In this document: piece by piece, positions 24,704 through 35,991 of the stretch
How positions within the stretch are numbered: the first letter of the stretch is position 1
Layout of the letters: every line of letters begins with the position of its first letter
Assembly (NCBI GenBank): GCA_003990765.1
Contig: RBNJ01000159.1
Span: forward strand, 1 to 38,543
Direction of reading: 5' to 3'
Source: Jimgerdemannia flammicorona
Taxonomy: Eukaryota
DNA: 38,543 nucleotides
Made by a program: the position numbers and the translations under genes
Notes under the pieces: generated by a model
The model's input: only the letters and a program-made list of their open reading frames with translations
What the model was told of the DNA's origin: nothing
Databases searched by the model: none

Positions 24704-25063
24704 CCAGATAGATTATCTGGATGGACTAATCTGGATGGATCAATCCAGATCAATCCAGATCAATCTGTATCAGATCACAAGACCAATCTGAGTTAATTCA
24801 AATCCATCATATGATGAATCCAAATTGAATCTCATCTGGATCAACTCCATCTGTTTGGAGCACTAATTACTTATATCAATAATAGTCTTTTAAGAATATA
24901 GATAAACTTAAGTTCTGTAATATTCCTAAGCTAAGTTATAATGAGGTTCTCTTTAAGATTAACAATAGCATCTGATACTAAAACAGATTTCTCTGATTTT
25001 TCACAGCAATTGCATATTTGTAACATATTGAATTTATAAAGCTTTTATGAAGAATTAAGATGG

Positions 25064-25213
25064 ATTGAGATAAGGTTAGAATGAGATGAGATTGGGATGA
25101 GAGTTGAAATAGAAATGGAAAAATACAATAAGATAAGATGAGATGAGATAGAATAGGATGGGACTTCTATGATAGATAGTAATTAAATTGTAAACCTAAG
25201 CATAATATATATG

Positions 25214-25244
<31 letters not shown>

Positions 25245-25281
25245 TAAAAAAAAATAAAAAAAAAAAAAAAAAAAAAAAAAA
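25064..25281. repeat. Degenerate (GATGA)n microsatellite followed by a poly-A tract (25221-25281)
   Basis: gatgagatgagattgggatgag-type pentamers, then a ~60-nt A-rich run. Confidence 0.7.
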
Positions 25282-25450
25282 CTCAAAACACTAGCTAAGA
25301 TAACTTATATTGTATATATATATGAGATAGTTTAGGAAATATATTGAATTTGTAAAATGTATATTTATAATATATTTGATATAAATATGTATGAATGTGT
25401 ATATTTGATATATATATAAATAGAAGAGAGTATATAATGAAGATAAGTTG

Positions 25451-27585
25451 CCATTCATATTGAGAGAAAAAAATGTTAGTTATACTATTTATAAGAAATA
25501 TTGTGGAATTGAAAATACATCCTCTACTGCTCTATATCTCTCATCTCTCTTACCAAGTCTAGATTGTATTCAGCAGACACTGCCTCCTCTTCAGCCTTCT
25601 TAGTTTCCAGTCTTTCTAGTAGCTCAGCCATTTCTCCATCCTCTTTTTTCTCAAAATCCTCATAATACTCTAGGTAGGCCTCCTGCCAGAGCTATAAACT
25701 ATGATGCTTTTCCCAGCAGTAAATGACCTGCTCACCAGCAACCACTGCCAGCTTGGCCTCTCTCTTCTTATCTACCTCATATCCTTTCTCCTTCAAGAAA
25801 ACCACCAGTACCTCTACTCTAATGCCTCTACTACTTTATCACTATATAAGATTCTTATCCAGTACTCATCACTCATCACTCTTAGATCTACTTCTCTCAG
25901 TTCCTCAGCTATAAGGTTATTTATCATCTGGCACATCTATAGTAGATTCCCCACTTCCTTCTCTCCAGAGGTCACAGGCCATCCTCTACTCAGTATTGAG
26001 ATATCCTTCTCTACACTTATAGTCTCATTCCATCTCTTCTCTGAGATATCCACCAGTTCTTTCTTATCAACTACTACTACTTGTCTATCTTTTGCTATCT
26101 CAAGAATCCCAAAGTGTACTCACTGGACACTATACATGAGCACATCCTCTGCTACTTAGCCCCTTACAGTCAGTCCCTACCTGATAAGAGAGATAGATAT
26201 AAGAGACTACTCTCAGACTTCAAACATATCATTCTTATATGGGTCTTTACTCAGCACCTTTCTGGTCTCCTCCAGACCTACCTCTATATTCTCCCCTTAC
26301 CCCCCAGTTCAAACACTCACCAAAGCTCCCTCAGTATTCTCACTGTCATCAGCAGCTCTCATCTTCTTTGTCTCCAGACTTGCCAGTAACTCTCTCTGTC
26401 TTCTATAACCTTGGAATCTCTCTCACAGCCTCTTGTCAACATGGACTCACCTTCTATTGACAATCTCCAAGTGTGTTGACTCTAAATATACCTTCTAAGC
26501 CTTTGTCCTCCACTCTACTATACCACTCAGCTCCTCTAGTACCTCTAATAGGTTCTCCTCCTTTTCCTCACTCCTCTTTACCCTCATCACCTTGTACACA
26601 AAGGCTCCCCACATCATCACCAAAGGCCAATCATATATCTTGCCAGTAGCCTCTCTCCCTGCCAGTTAAATCTGGATGTCAACATTCTCTGTCTGGAAGG
26701 TAGTCTCTTCCTAGACCCTAAACTCTATATCAATCACCTCTCTATACTCAGCCATGACCTTTTCAACTCTCCTCCTCATCTCTACAGCAGTCACCATAGG
26801 CACTCTCTTTACTAGGAGCTGCACCACCCTAGAGTCCTATCTCAAGCACTATGCCATTGGAATATATACCTCCCCAACCATCAACCTAGCCTTCAACATC
26901 TCCTCCAGTGGCCCCACCTCAAAGCCCACCTCTACTCCTTTCAGGCTCTTCAAGAACTTAACAGATACTGCACCTTCTACCTACTTTGCAATCAGCCTCA
27001 GAACTATTTTTGCCATCACTGCTAAGCCTCTGAAGTACAGGATAACTGCAAATTCTGAGATTAACTTCTTGAGTAACAGTGTTACTGCCAGTCCCATTAC
27101 ACTATCAGCTATGTTACTAGGTCTCATACTCTTTCCACTGTCCAGATCACCTATCACACTCCTATCAGCAGTCACTTCCTCAGCTACTACACTACTAGCT
27201 CCACTACTCTGACCCCCCAGAGGAGCTCTCTCTTGAAGCCTCTGTTCTGTAGCCTTCACTATCACCTTACTCTCCCTCAGCCAACTCTCCAGCCCAGCTC
27301 TCTGCTGACACCCCTTTATCTTCTCTACAAAGTTTGCCCTCTCTATCTCCTGGCCTCTAGTACTGCCCCCTCCTCTACCATATCCTTCTGCCAGCAGGCC
27401 CCTCATACTTCCCCCCAAGCTGGGACTCCTCCTCATATACTGTCAGTCAAATACACTAGGGCCACCCTACTCAGTATGTATTTTGGAATGCTCATTAGTC
27501 ATTATAATACTAGTATCTTTTCTCCAAAAATGATGTTATAAGTATTGCTAGAAAGTTATATAATCTGAATATTACCAGAGAAAGA
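25451..27585 (-). mobile_element. Second, diverged LINE copy: 5' end, ORF1 and only the first codons of ORF2 (3'-truncated)
   Basis: The reverse complement starts ctttctctggtaatattcagattata, like 5866 cctttctccggtaacattcaggttaca. It shares KIVLRLIAK with ORF1. Similarity stops after aacatttttttctctcaatatgaatgg, equivalent to ~8046. Confidence 0.85.
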
Positions 27586-27705
27586 TACTAAATAAAAACT
27601 ATGAGATTACTCATTGTTTGTCATATTGTTATTATCTTTTTACCAAAAACATCAATTGAAATATTGTTTAAAGTTTATATAATCTGAATATTACTAGAGA
27701 AAGGG
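27586..27705 (-). mobile_element. Additional ~120-bp LINE 5'-end fragment of a related subfamily
   Basis: The reverse complement starts ccctttctctagtaatattcagattatata, again resembling the LINE 5' terminus. Confidence 0.55.
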
Positions 27706-28768
27706 CTATTAAATCTTTAATATCTGTAAAATCTCAATATTTGTGAAAACTTTAACATTTATAAAAGTTTCTATATTTGTGAAATAATTGCTATTTGTAA
27801 GGCTATACTATATTTGAGAATCAGATTCAGATACTGTAATCAAATATCTATTCTTCTGATTTATATTACTGATTTGAATCAACTATCACAATAGTAACTT
27901 CTAGCAAGTCAAGTATAATAATCTCCTCTAACAACAAGAGATGAAAGTAAGCTATAGATGAGAAATATAATTTGCTCATTAATAATAGTATATAGAATTT
28001 AGTATCTCTTCTGATCAATTGATAAGCAATCAGATCACATTGGGTCTATAAGATTAAGTATAAGAGTAATAAAAGTATAGAGTAATTTAAAGCTTATTTC
28101 ATTACTAAAGATTATTTATAGGATTATAATATAGACTATAATGAGAAATTTTCTTCTATATTTAAGCTTACTTTTATTAGAATACTTCTTATAATTAGTA
28201 TTATATATATATAATCTGGAAATCTATCAAATAGACATAAAGATATCATTTCTCAATAATAATATAGATATGAAATTATATATTTATCAGTTATAAGAAT
28301 ATAAAGTAAATGATAGTCAGAATAATCTAGAATATAAACTATAAAGAACTATATAATATCAAGTGAGCAGCTCATCTGTAGAACTAAAAAATCAATAAAT
28401 ATCTCCTTAATAATAACTTTATATACTACAAAGTAGATAATTATATATATATAACACTATACTAATAGTAGAGTAACTTTTATAGATATTTGAATATAGT
28501 GCTCCAAATGAATGGAGTTGATCCAGATGAGATTTGATTCAGGTTTGTTATGTGATGGATTTGAATCAACTCGGATTGATCTCATGATCTGATCCAGATT
28601 GATCCATCTGGATTGATCTATCTGGATTGAAATCTTTGGTGATATCACCCTTTCTTTTGTTTATTTCACTCTTGTTTTTTTTTTTCCTGCTGCACTTTGA
28701 TGATATCACTCTTTTCTTTTGTTCCCTCTCTTTTCTTTGTTCTTTTTCTTTGTTCTTTCCTGCCACAT

Positions 28769-30870
28769 CATGAGCAAACAAAACAGCAGCTCTTAATTCA
28801 TATATTGGTCCAGTCTACTCATTTTTTACCCTATAATAATCATCAAAAGAGGGAGTATTCAAGGTGGAAACATACTCTCTGCTGACAATGTTAGATTCTT
28901 TCTCATATAGGTAGCATACAAGCTGCTTATCAAGAGCTAAAGGGGTGACAGTGATGGTGATGGCAATGGCGATGATGATGGTAATGGCAATGGTGGGCAT
29001 GAGGGTGAATTCTGGTAATAACTCACAGTGGCCCTTCAGACCTCAGAATTCACAGACCTCACAGCTATGTATATAGCAGCCTTTTTGAAGCAGCTGGTAG
29101 TAGATGTAGGTTGCTCTTTTCTGCCACTACTTTTTACTTGTTTAAATTCCCCCAGCATAACCTGATTCACCTCATGCTCTTCTTAGGGTCTACAGCTCTA
29201 TGGCAAGATCTGCCAACTTTATTCACAACATCTAGTCAAGATGAAGAAAGGTTGGAGGATGTTGCAGAGCATGCCTTTAGTAGCTGAGCTATTGAGTCAA
29301 TGCATCATATGGCAGAGGTCTCAAAAGGAATAGAAGCAAGCCTTTATAAGCAATCTTGTGCAACTCATGCAACTCATCAGCATGCAACTCATTGATATGC
29401 AGCTCACTCACTCAGTCACTCATGCTCTTTTTCTGAAATGCTCATCTCTATGTTTTATTTAATTTCATTTTTTACATGGTCTCTCTCTAAAAAACATCCA
29501 CACCCACATGCAACCTGCCTACATACAACTTGCCCACATGTAACCTATCCGCATACAATCTGTCCACATGCAATCCATCTGTATACTTATCTCAGTCCCT
29601 TAGATTAGAGCTCAGTTCCATTGAAAAGGAGAGTTTAAAGTTACCCAAGTTCAACCACATCTGGTGTCTGATCAAATAGAGAAATTTGAGGGCAAGATGT
29701 TCAGCATAAGTAGTACCAGCATCATCATCAAGGCTTGGGGGTCTACATTTGAATCAAAGCCAATTGTTCTCAACCAAGGGGTCCATTGGCCAGCAGGAGT
29801 AACTAATGATAGAGAGAACTATATCTTTATTAACAAACATAGAGAGATAGTTGTGATGGTGGTAAGAAATCTCTACAGTAACAAGCTTTGCTGCTATATC
29901 AATAAGATTTATAAGGATTGCATCAAATACTGGGTGGCAGAAAAGAGGGGGCAAAAAACAAAGAGGGGGGGTTTGGATGGAAATTAGGTATACTTCAACA
30001 CTAGTGAAGGGTGGATTCCAGAGTTCCAAAATCCCCCACACTCATCTCTCTTTTTTTTTTTTCTCCTCCCCAGATAAATCACACTCTTCACTAATATATT
30101 CTTTTTGATACAATTCCAGAGATGCACAAGATTCTATACCCCTACTGGAATTTTAAAAGTGCTGTTGAAGAGTAAACTGTGTATAAGCATGACACAGCCT
30201 GTGTGGTGATAGCAGCTATAATCTGGAGTTCTTTGAGCAGATTGGTAGAGTGTACAGCAGACCAGCTTAGTGGTGATCTCAGCATAGCTATATGTATATT
30301 CTTGGTGCAATTTTATATGCCATATGAGGTGAGGAGCTCCACTTTTTTGGGGTGCTGCAGCCTGGGAGATTTCTGCAGCCCAGGGGGTTTCTGTGGCCTG
30401 AGAGGTTTCTGCTCTCCTGTATGCAAAAAGGACTGACCAGTTGCCATCTATTTTGGCAGATTTCCAAGCTGGGGCTCCTGGGGCTGGACCAAGGGCAGGC
30501 ATCCACCAGTACAGCCTGGCAGTATGAGGTCCTGGGCCAAGGGTTCACTCAACTGTATGCTCATGTCACATCAGAATATGTTGGGCACAATATTTCTCTG
30601 CCCATACATATAGACAACAATGTCACCTTGGTAATATTTTACATTCTGGAAAGGAAGGGCCCAATCTGAGAGAATAGTGGAGGAGTTTGGTATGATCTCA
30701 CCTATAGTTTTGGGTTTCTGTTTGTGGCCAACATGGCCATCCTCTTCCAACCACATGACCACCACAGCACCATTGCCTTCAAGGAGAGCTCGGATACAAC
30801 AGTTGTCACACTTACAATAGATGATAGACTCATCAAGGCCAGGGACTGGTGGGTGGAGCAGTTTTTGTAA
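28769..30870 (+). pseudogene. hAT cargo gene copy 2: putative TET/JBP-like 2OG-Fe(II) dioxygenase. Best-supported exons ~29596-30010, 30120-30328, 30460-30870+
   Basis: GT..AG introns with branch-like ctaat/ctgac motifs. HID at 30607-30615, then GGVWYDL and AILFQPHDHHST (His codons 30754-30765), about 50 codons after HxD. Upstream exons (Gly/Asp-rich, ~28911-29105) and the true stop are uncertain. Confidence 0.62.
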
Positions 30871-31123
30871 GAGTTAGGCAATCTTTCACAAGGGATAGGC
30901 AGTCTTTCATGAGGGTTAGGCAGTCATTTTGTATGGGTTAGGTAGTCTTATATAGGGGGTTGGGCTGGGTACCTCTTCTGTAGCACTAGCCTAGCCATTA
31001 TGCAGGGCTCTACCAGCCCCTTGGCTCTGCTCTGCAGTGCTGCTAGTGCAGTGCTGTGATGTAGGGCCAGGGTACCCATGGGACCTAAACTGGTGATGGG
31101 GCCCTAAATCTATGATGGACTTC

Positions 31124-31945
31124 AACTGCTGGAAGCACTCTCCAACTGCTAGAAATACCCTCTGACCACCAGAAGTACCCTCTGACCACTAGAAGCACCC
31201 TCTGACCACTAGAAGCACTCTTTGCCCTGGACTCCTTGGTGGCTTGGAGCTGCCCCTATGCCACTAGCAGAGAGCCACAAATTTTGCATGCTCCCTCTGC
31301 CTGCTCTGCCTATCCCAGATACTTGTGGCTTGGGGCTGCCCCTTGTTGCTGATGGAGGGCTACAAATTTTGCATGCTCCCTCACTGACTCTGTGCCCACC
31401 AACCCCACTGACCAACTCCACCCACTGATCCAGGTGCTGACAGCTTGGAGCTGCCTCTCACTGCTGATAGAGGGCTACAAATTTTGCATGCTCCCTCTGC
31501 CTGCCCTGCCTGTCCTGGACACTTATGGCTTGGAGCTGCCCCTTGCTACCAGTAGAGGGCTGCAAATTTTGTATGCTCTCTCTACCAACTCATGCCCACC
31601 AATCCTGCCAACTGACCCCACCCACTGACCCAGACACTGACAGCTGGGGGCTGCCCCTCACTGCTGGCAGAGGGCTACAAGTTTTGTGTACTCCCTCTGC
31701 CAACCCCCCTTTCCATCAACTCCCTCTCCACCAATCCCCCCTCCACCAACCCCCCCTCTGCCAACCCCTCTGACCAGAACACTTGTAGCTTGGGGCTATC
31801 CCTTGCTGCTGGTGGAGGGCTGCAAATTTTGCATGCTCCCTGACCTGCCTGGGCACTGACAGCTTGGGACTGCCCCTTACTGCTGGTGGAGGGCCACAAA
31901 CATTGCATACTCCCTCTGCCACTGCTGTCAACCCTGCCAACTGCT
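31124..31945 (-). repeat. 20-bp tandem repeat plus GC-rich minisatellite of hAT copy 2
   Basis: Reverse complement of 12930-13550 with different unit numbers. Confidence 0.85.
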
Positions 31946-32073
31946 GCCCACTTGGGCCGCAAACTCCAGGCCAAGTCCTCAGGGTTTTTTACCTTTTTAT
32001 TATTTTTGAAAGATATTAATATATTCCACAAGGTCAAACAACCTATCTGCGAACCCCCAGGACCTGCTGAATT

Positions 32074-34670
32074 TTAGTGGCCTAAGCCCCACCAAGACTT
32101 CAGACATATATATACCTGGATTGTCTCAGTGTTCAGCATATACCTCTTTGGGGCAATGAGGTCCACCCCATCTGAGAACACTCACTTAATGGGAGTACTG
32201 GAGGCAGAAATCATCAGGTAGTCCTGAGTCATACCACACAGACTAGGGAAGTCCATTTGATGCAGCTGTACATCCCAGTAGATAGAGCAGTGGTTAGATT
32301 GGTGGGTTAAATTGGTCCAATGTCCACCTGACAACTCACCTTCTACCAGTCGAGCACCTCTGCACCCTTCAGCAGGATCATGCAGTTGCTGGTGAGATAA
32401 ATGGTAAGTTTGTCTATTAACAATAGCTCTTCTACTGATGGCTCCCTCTTCCTCTTTCTGCTGAAGTAAATGTAGGACAAGAGAGATCTCTTGGTATATT
32501 TGTCTGAACTTTGACCAGAACCTTGCAGCAGCATATAGTTTTTTCAGTATACTTTGATTACAGCCTGCTTGGTTCTCTCAATGAAGTGCTGCTTCCAGCT
32601 CTGATCTTTATAGTATTGTAGCTTTAAGCATGGGTCTAGCACTGTTTGAAGAAAAGAAAAGAGTGAGTTTTTATGGGGGTTTCTCTGTTTTAGAAAGGGC
32701 AATAGCCATATGTCGACATTGACATATCTGTACTAATTGAGTATATAGTGGTATCTATTTGGGAGTAGTACTTTCTGAGCTTGCTAAGAGCAACCTCTAT
32801 GGCATCTCTCTGATCTGGGCTCAATTATAAATTACTGCAACTCTCCAGCCTGTCCTCGAGCTTATCCTCTAGCTGGTCAATCAGAAGGTTATACATATAC
32901 TGATATTGCCAAGCTTATTGTTGGGGTCGTTTGTTTGACTATATCCTTCACACAATTGTCGAAACACTGGCAGTTATATGTGGTGAGGTATTACATTATA
33001 TGGAGGCAGACAAAATGAGTATGGAGGCTGACAAAATAAGTGTGGAGCCAGAACAATTACTACTTACTTCCAAAACTCTGACAATATTCCTAAGTATGTC
33101 CCACTCACTTTCATCTAGAGCCTTGGCACATATTTCCTTATTGGTAGTCACTGTTGAATCCATTGGCTTTTTTTGTTTTTTTTTTATTTTTAAAATAAAT
33201 CTTCAATCATCTAAAACAAGTTGCTTCAGCTGACTGAAGAAAAAAAGGACACATACCACAGCAAACTCCAGTGTGTGCTGGATCATTGCAAATGTTGAGT
33301 TCCAATGTATATAGATATCCAATATAAGCTCTTTTGGAGCTAAACTGATTGCCCTATACTGTGCAGCAAATTTATCTCATTATTGTGGGGATGATCAGAC
33401 CAATACAACCAGTTTATGCAGCTTGGAAATTATACTCAAGGCCCCTCCTCTCTCAGATGTTTTGTCTATATGCATAAGATAGTCCTGAATAGCAAGATTC
33501 AGTACATAGGTCTGGCATCACATATGGCAGCTTTCTGTACTAAAGGCCATGTTTTCCTGTTTGAGGCTGACTACTAAAACTTTGAAAAATATTGAGTTGT
33601 TTGTGGTATTGTCTATCATAATGGCCAAAATCTGTACTTGAAATATTCAGTTGGTGAATTTATATGAAAATAAATAACCAATAAAATCTGGTTTATTTTA
33701 GGACCTCTCTCAAAATGCTGACCTGATGACAAGTCCCCCTTTTTTACCTTAGTTGTGATCCCAAGCTCTCAGATACAACTAATAAAAGCATCTGTGATGT
33801 TGTCTCTAGAATGAGGGCCAGCAAGTTTGACAAAGTCAAGGGTGAGAGATTTAAGCTACCAATTGAGATCAATCCAATGACCAGTAATGCTCAGAAATGA
33901 AATTGCATTGGGGGATATCTATGTGTCAATCGTAAATGAAATTTTGCCTACTGAATTCTGCTTATTGAATATGAGGTTAAATTGGTGAGCTCTTTTATAT
34001 AATTCAGCTTGCAAAGGTCATGGTGCTACCCTTATTTTACCTGAAGTATCTGGTAAAGATTGTTGTGCTCCTTCCTATAGGTCTCCAGGACATCTTTATG
34101 AATAGTATCAGTACTTGGCAAATATAAATCATGCTTGAGGAGGCCAAAGATGCTATATAATTGATCACTCTTGATGGTTGTAAATGGTTGGTCTGTGCAC
34201 ACAATCCAGCAAATGAGCTAATTTCGAAATTCTACCAAAGAGTATGGCTAAATATTTTTGATTAAATGGCATTGTTGGTACAGAAATGGTCAGGCAATTG
34301 GATAAATGTATCCACCACAACTTGGATGTCAATTTTATTTGTCTCTGTGTTCTTTTTGATTTTGTCAGAATACTTGTCTTTTATGTATCGATTCATGTTT
34401 GAAGTCATACCACCAAGTATTTTGAACTTCTGACTGGTGCAGTTTATGGGGGTGGATGAAATAATATCATGTATATATCAAAACAAAAAGTATCAATAGG
34501 TGTAACTTAATTTTTTACCTGCAATAATTACAAACAACATTATCTCCTATCTTAGTACAATGTTGCCAGATTTTGGAGTGAGGATTGTGTGGAAGGTGTA
34601 GAACTATCAGAGATGTTTGACTTAAAGCATCATCAGTACTGTGAACTATTGAAGACTGATCTATTGATAT
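32074..34670 (-). pseudogene. hAT transposase copy 2, uninterrupted but degenerate
   Basis: Colinear reverse complement of 4288-5865 plus 11796-12801. The start codon has decayed to ATA and there are many stops. Confidence 0.92.
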
Positions 34671-34700
34671 GTGTATTTGTGTGTTTACATGTACATATAT

Positions 34701-34950
34701 CCCTTACTCTGTAATATAGCCGAATTTGGCTGCAAAAAAAAAAAACTATAAAAATATTATAAAAATCAAAAGAAAATCAAAAAAATGAAATTATCAAAAA
34801 AAAATTTCAATTTTTTTTTTCAAATTTCCTAACTTTTTTCAAAAAATTTTTTTTTTATAATTTTATAATAAATATTAAGTCAAAAAAAAATTTAAAAATT
34901 TAAAAATTTTTTGCAGCCAAATTTGGCTGCATTATATTACAGAATAAGGG
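34701..34950. mobile_element. 250-bp MITE with CCC...GGG termini
   Basis: Imperfect TIRs of ~40 bp (cccttactctgtaatata..gccgaatttggctgcaaaaaa), ATAT on both flanks, and an A/T-run interior. Absent from hAT copy 1 at ~4250. Confidence 0.85.
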
Positions 34951-35991
34951 ATATGTATGTATGTGTATTGTATATATATGTGTGTGTATTATATTGTAGA
35001 TACATCTGGCATATGAGTCATGTGGAGAATTTGGATTGGAGAATTTGGTTGAAGGATTTGGATGAGAATTTAGATTGAAGGATTCAAATTGGAGGATTCA
35101 AATTGGAGGATTCAAATTGGAGAATTCAGATTGAGTAATTCAGATTGAGTGATTTGGATTGAGTAATTTGGATTGGAGTGGTTTGGATGAGTGATTTGGA
35201 TGGGGCAATTCAGATGGGGCAATTCGGATTAATCTGAGTTGATTCAGATGGCTTTGGATTTGAGATTCAGATCAAACTGTCATGTGACAAATTAAATCCA
35301 GATTTGATTCAAATTGACTTGGTTGGAGTACTATTTGAATAGATAATATAATTATTATTATAATGAAAAATAGGCTTAGCAGAGTTAAAGAAACCCTATA
35401 TCAGAAATTCAAAATAACAGATATATATAGATAATATATCTTTTTATTTTAGAATAACTATTACATATAATAGAAGCATATATACTATATATCTCTTATA
35501 GTTAGCTTCTATTTAAGTTATTCTAGAATACTTTAGTATAAGTAAATATAAGCTTATTAATACTTTTATAGATATATCTATAAAATTAAGAAAGCTTGAG
35601 ACTAATAATAATAAAAATACTATACCAATATTCTCTATTGATAAATAGTTGAGTCTCTTATATATCTTATATTAAATATAAGATCCAACATCTCATATAC
35701 TATAAATAAGATAATATAGTATTTATCATACTATAATAATATATATTAATTAGTAGTTAAGTATATATTCAGATATATTAAAAGAATAGTATACTATATA
35801 TTTACCTTAGATAGATTGAGCAGAAGCAATGACAAAGACAACAGTATATAACTATATATCTAATATATATAATACTGATTAAACTGGAGACTTAGATAAT
35901 CATTGATCTATAACTAGATATTTTTTTTAGTTATATAAAGAAGTTGTATCTTGGCAAATATATAAGCAGAGCCAGTAACAATATTATCTAT

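Larger units (their letters stand above)
3973..24865 (+). mobile_element. hAT DNA transposon copy 1 (~6.3 kb without insertions), interrupted by a LINE and a Gypsy element
   Basis: Ends are TAGTGCTCCAAA (3973) and TTTGGAGCACTA (ending 24865). It has subterminal repeat arrays and a hAT transposase, and is colinear with the inverted copy at 28497-35333. The flanks caagaaga / attactta do not form a TSD. Confidence 0.9.
28497..35333 (-). mobile_element. hAT DNA transposon copy 2, inverted and structurally complete
   Basis: Ends are TAGTGCTCCAAA (28497) and TTGGAGTACTA (ending 35333). A perfect 8-bp TSD TTTGAATA lies at 28489-28496 and 35334-35341, the length diagnostic for hAT. Confidence 0.95.

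Noticed and set aside
27710..28496. AT-rich relic, continuous with 35342-35991 across the hAT TSD, possibly an older transposase
   Set aside because: Only one copy and too mutated to reconstruct a frame by eye.
24866..28496. Inversion of the spacer between the inverted hAT copies as the cause of the missing TSD
   Set aside because: Copy 2 retains its matching TSD on both sides, which such an inversion would have broken.
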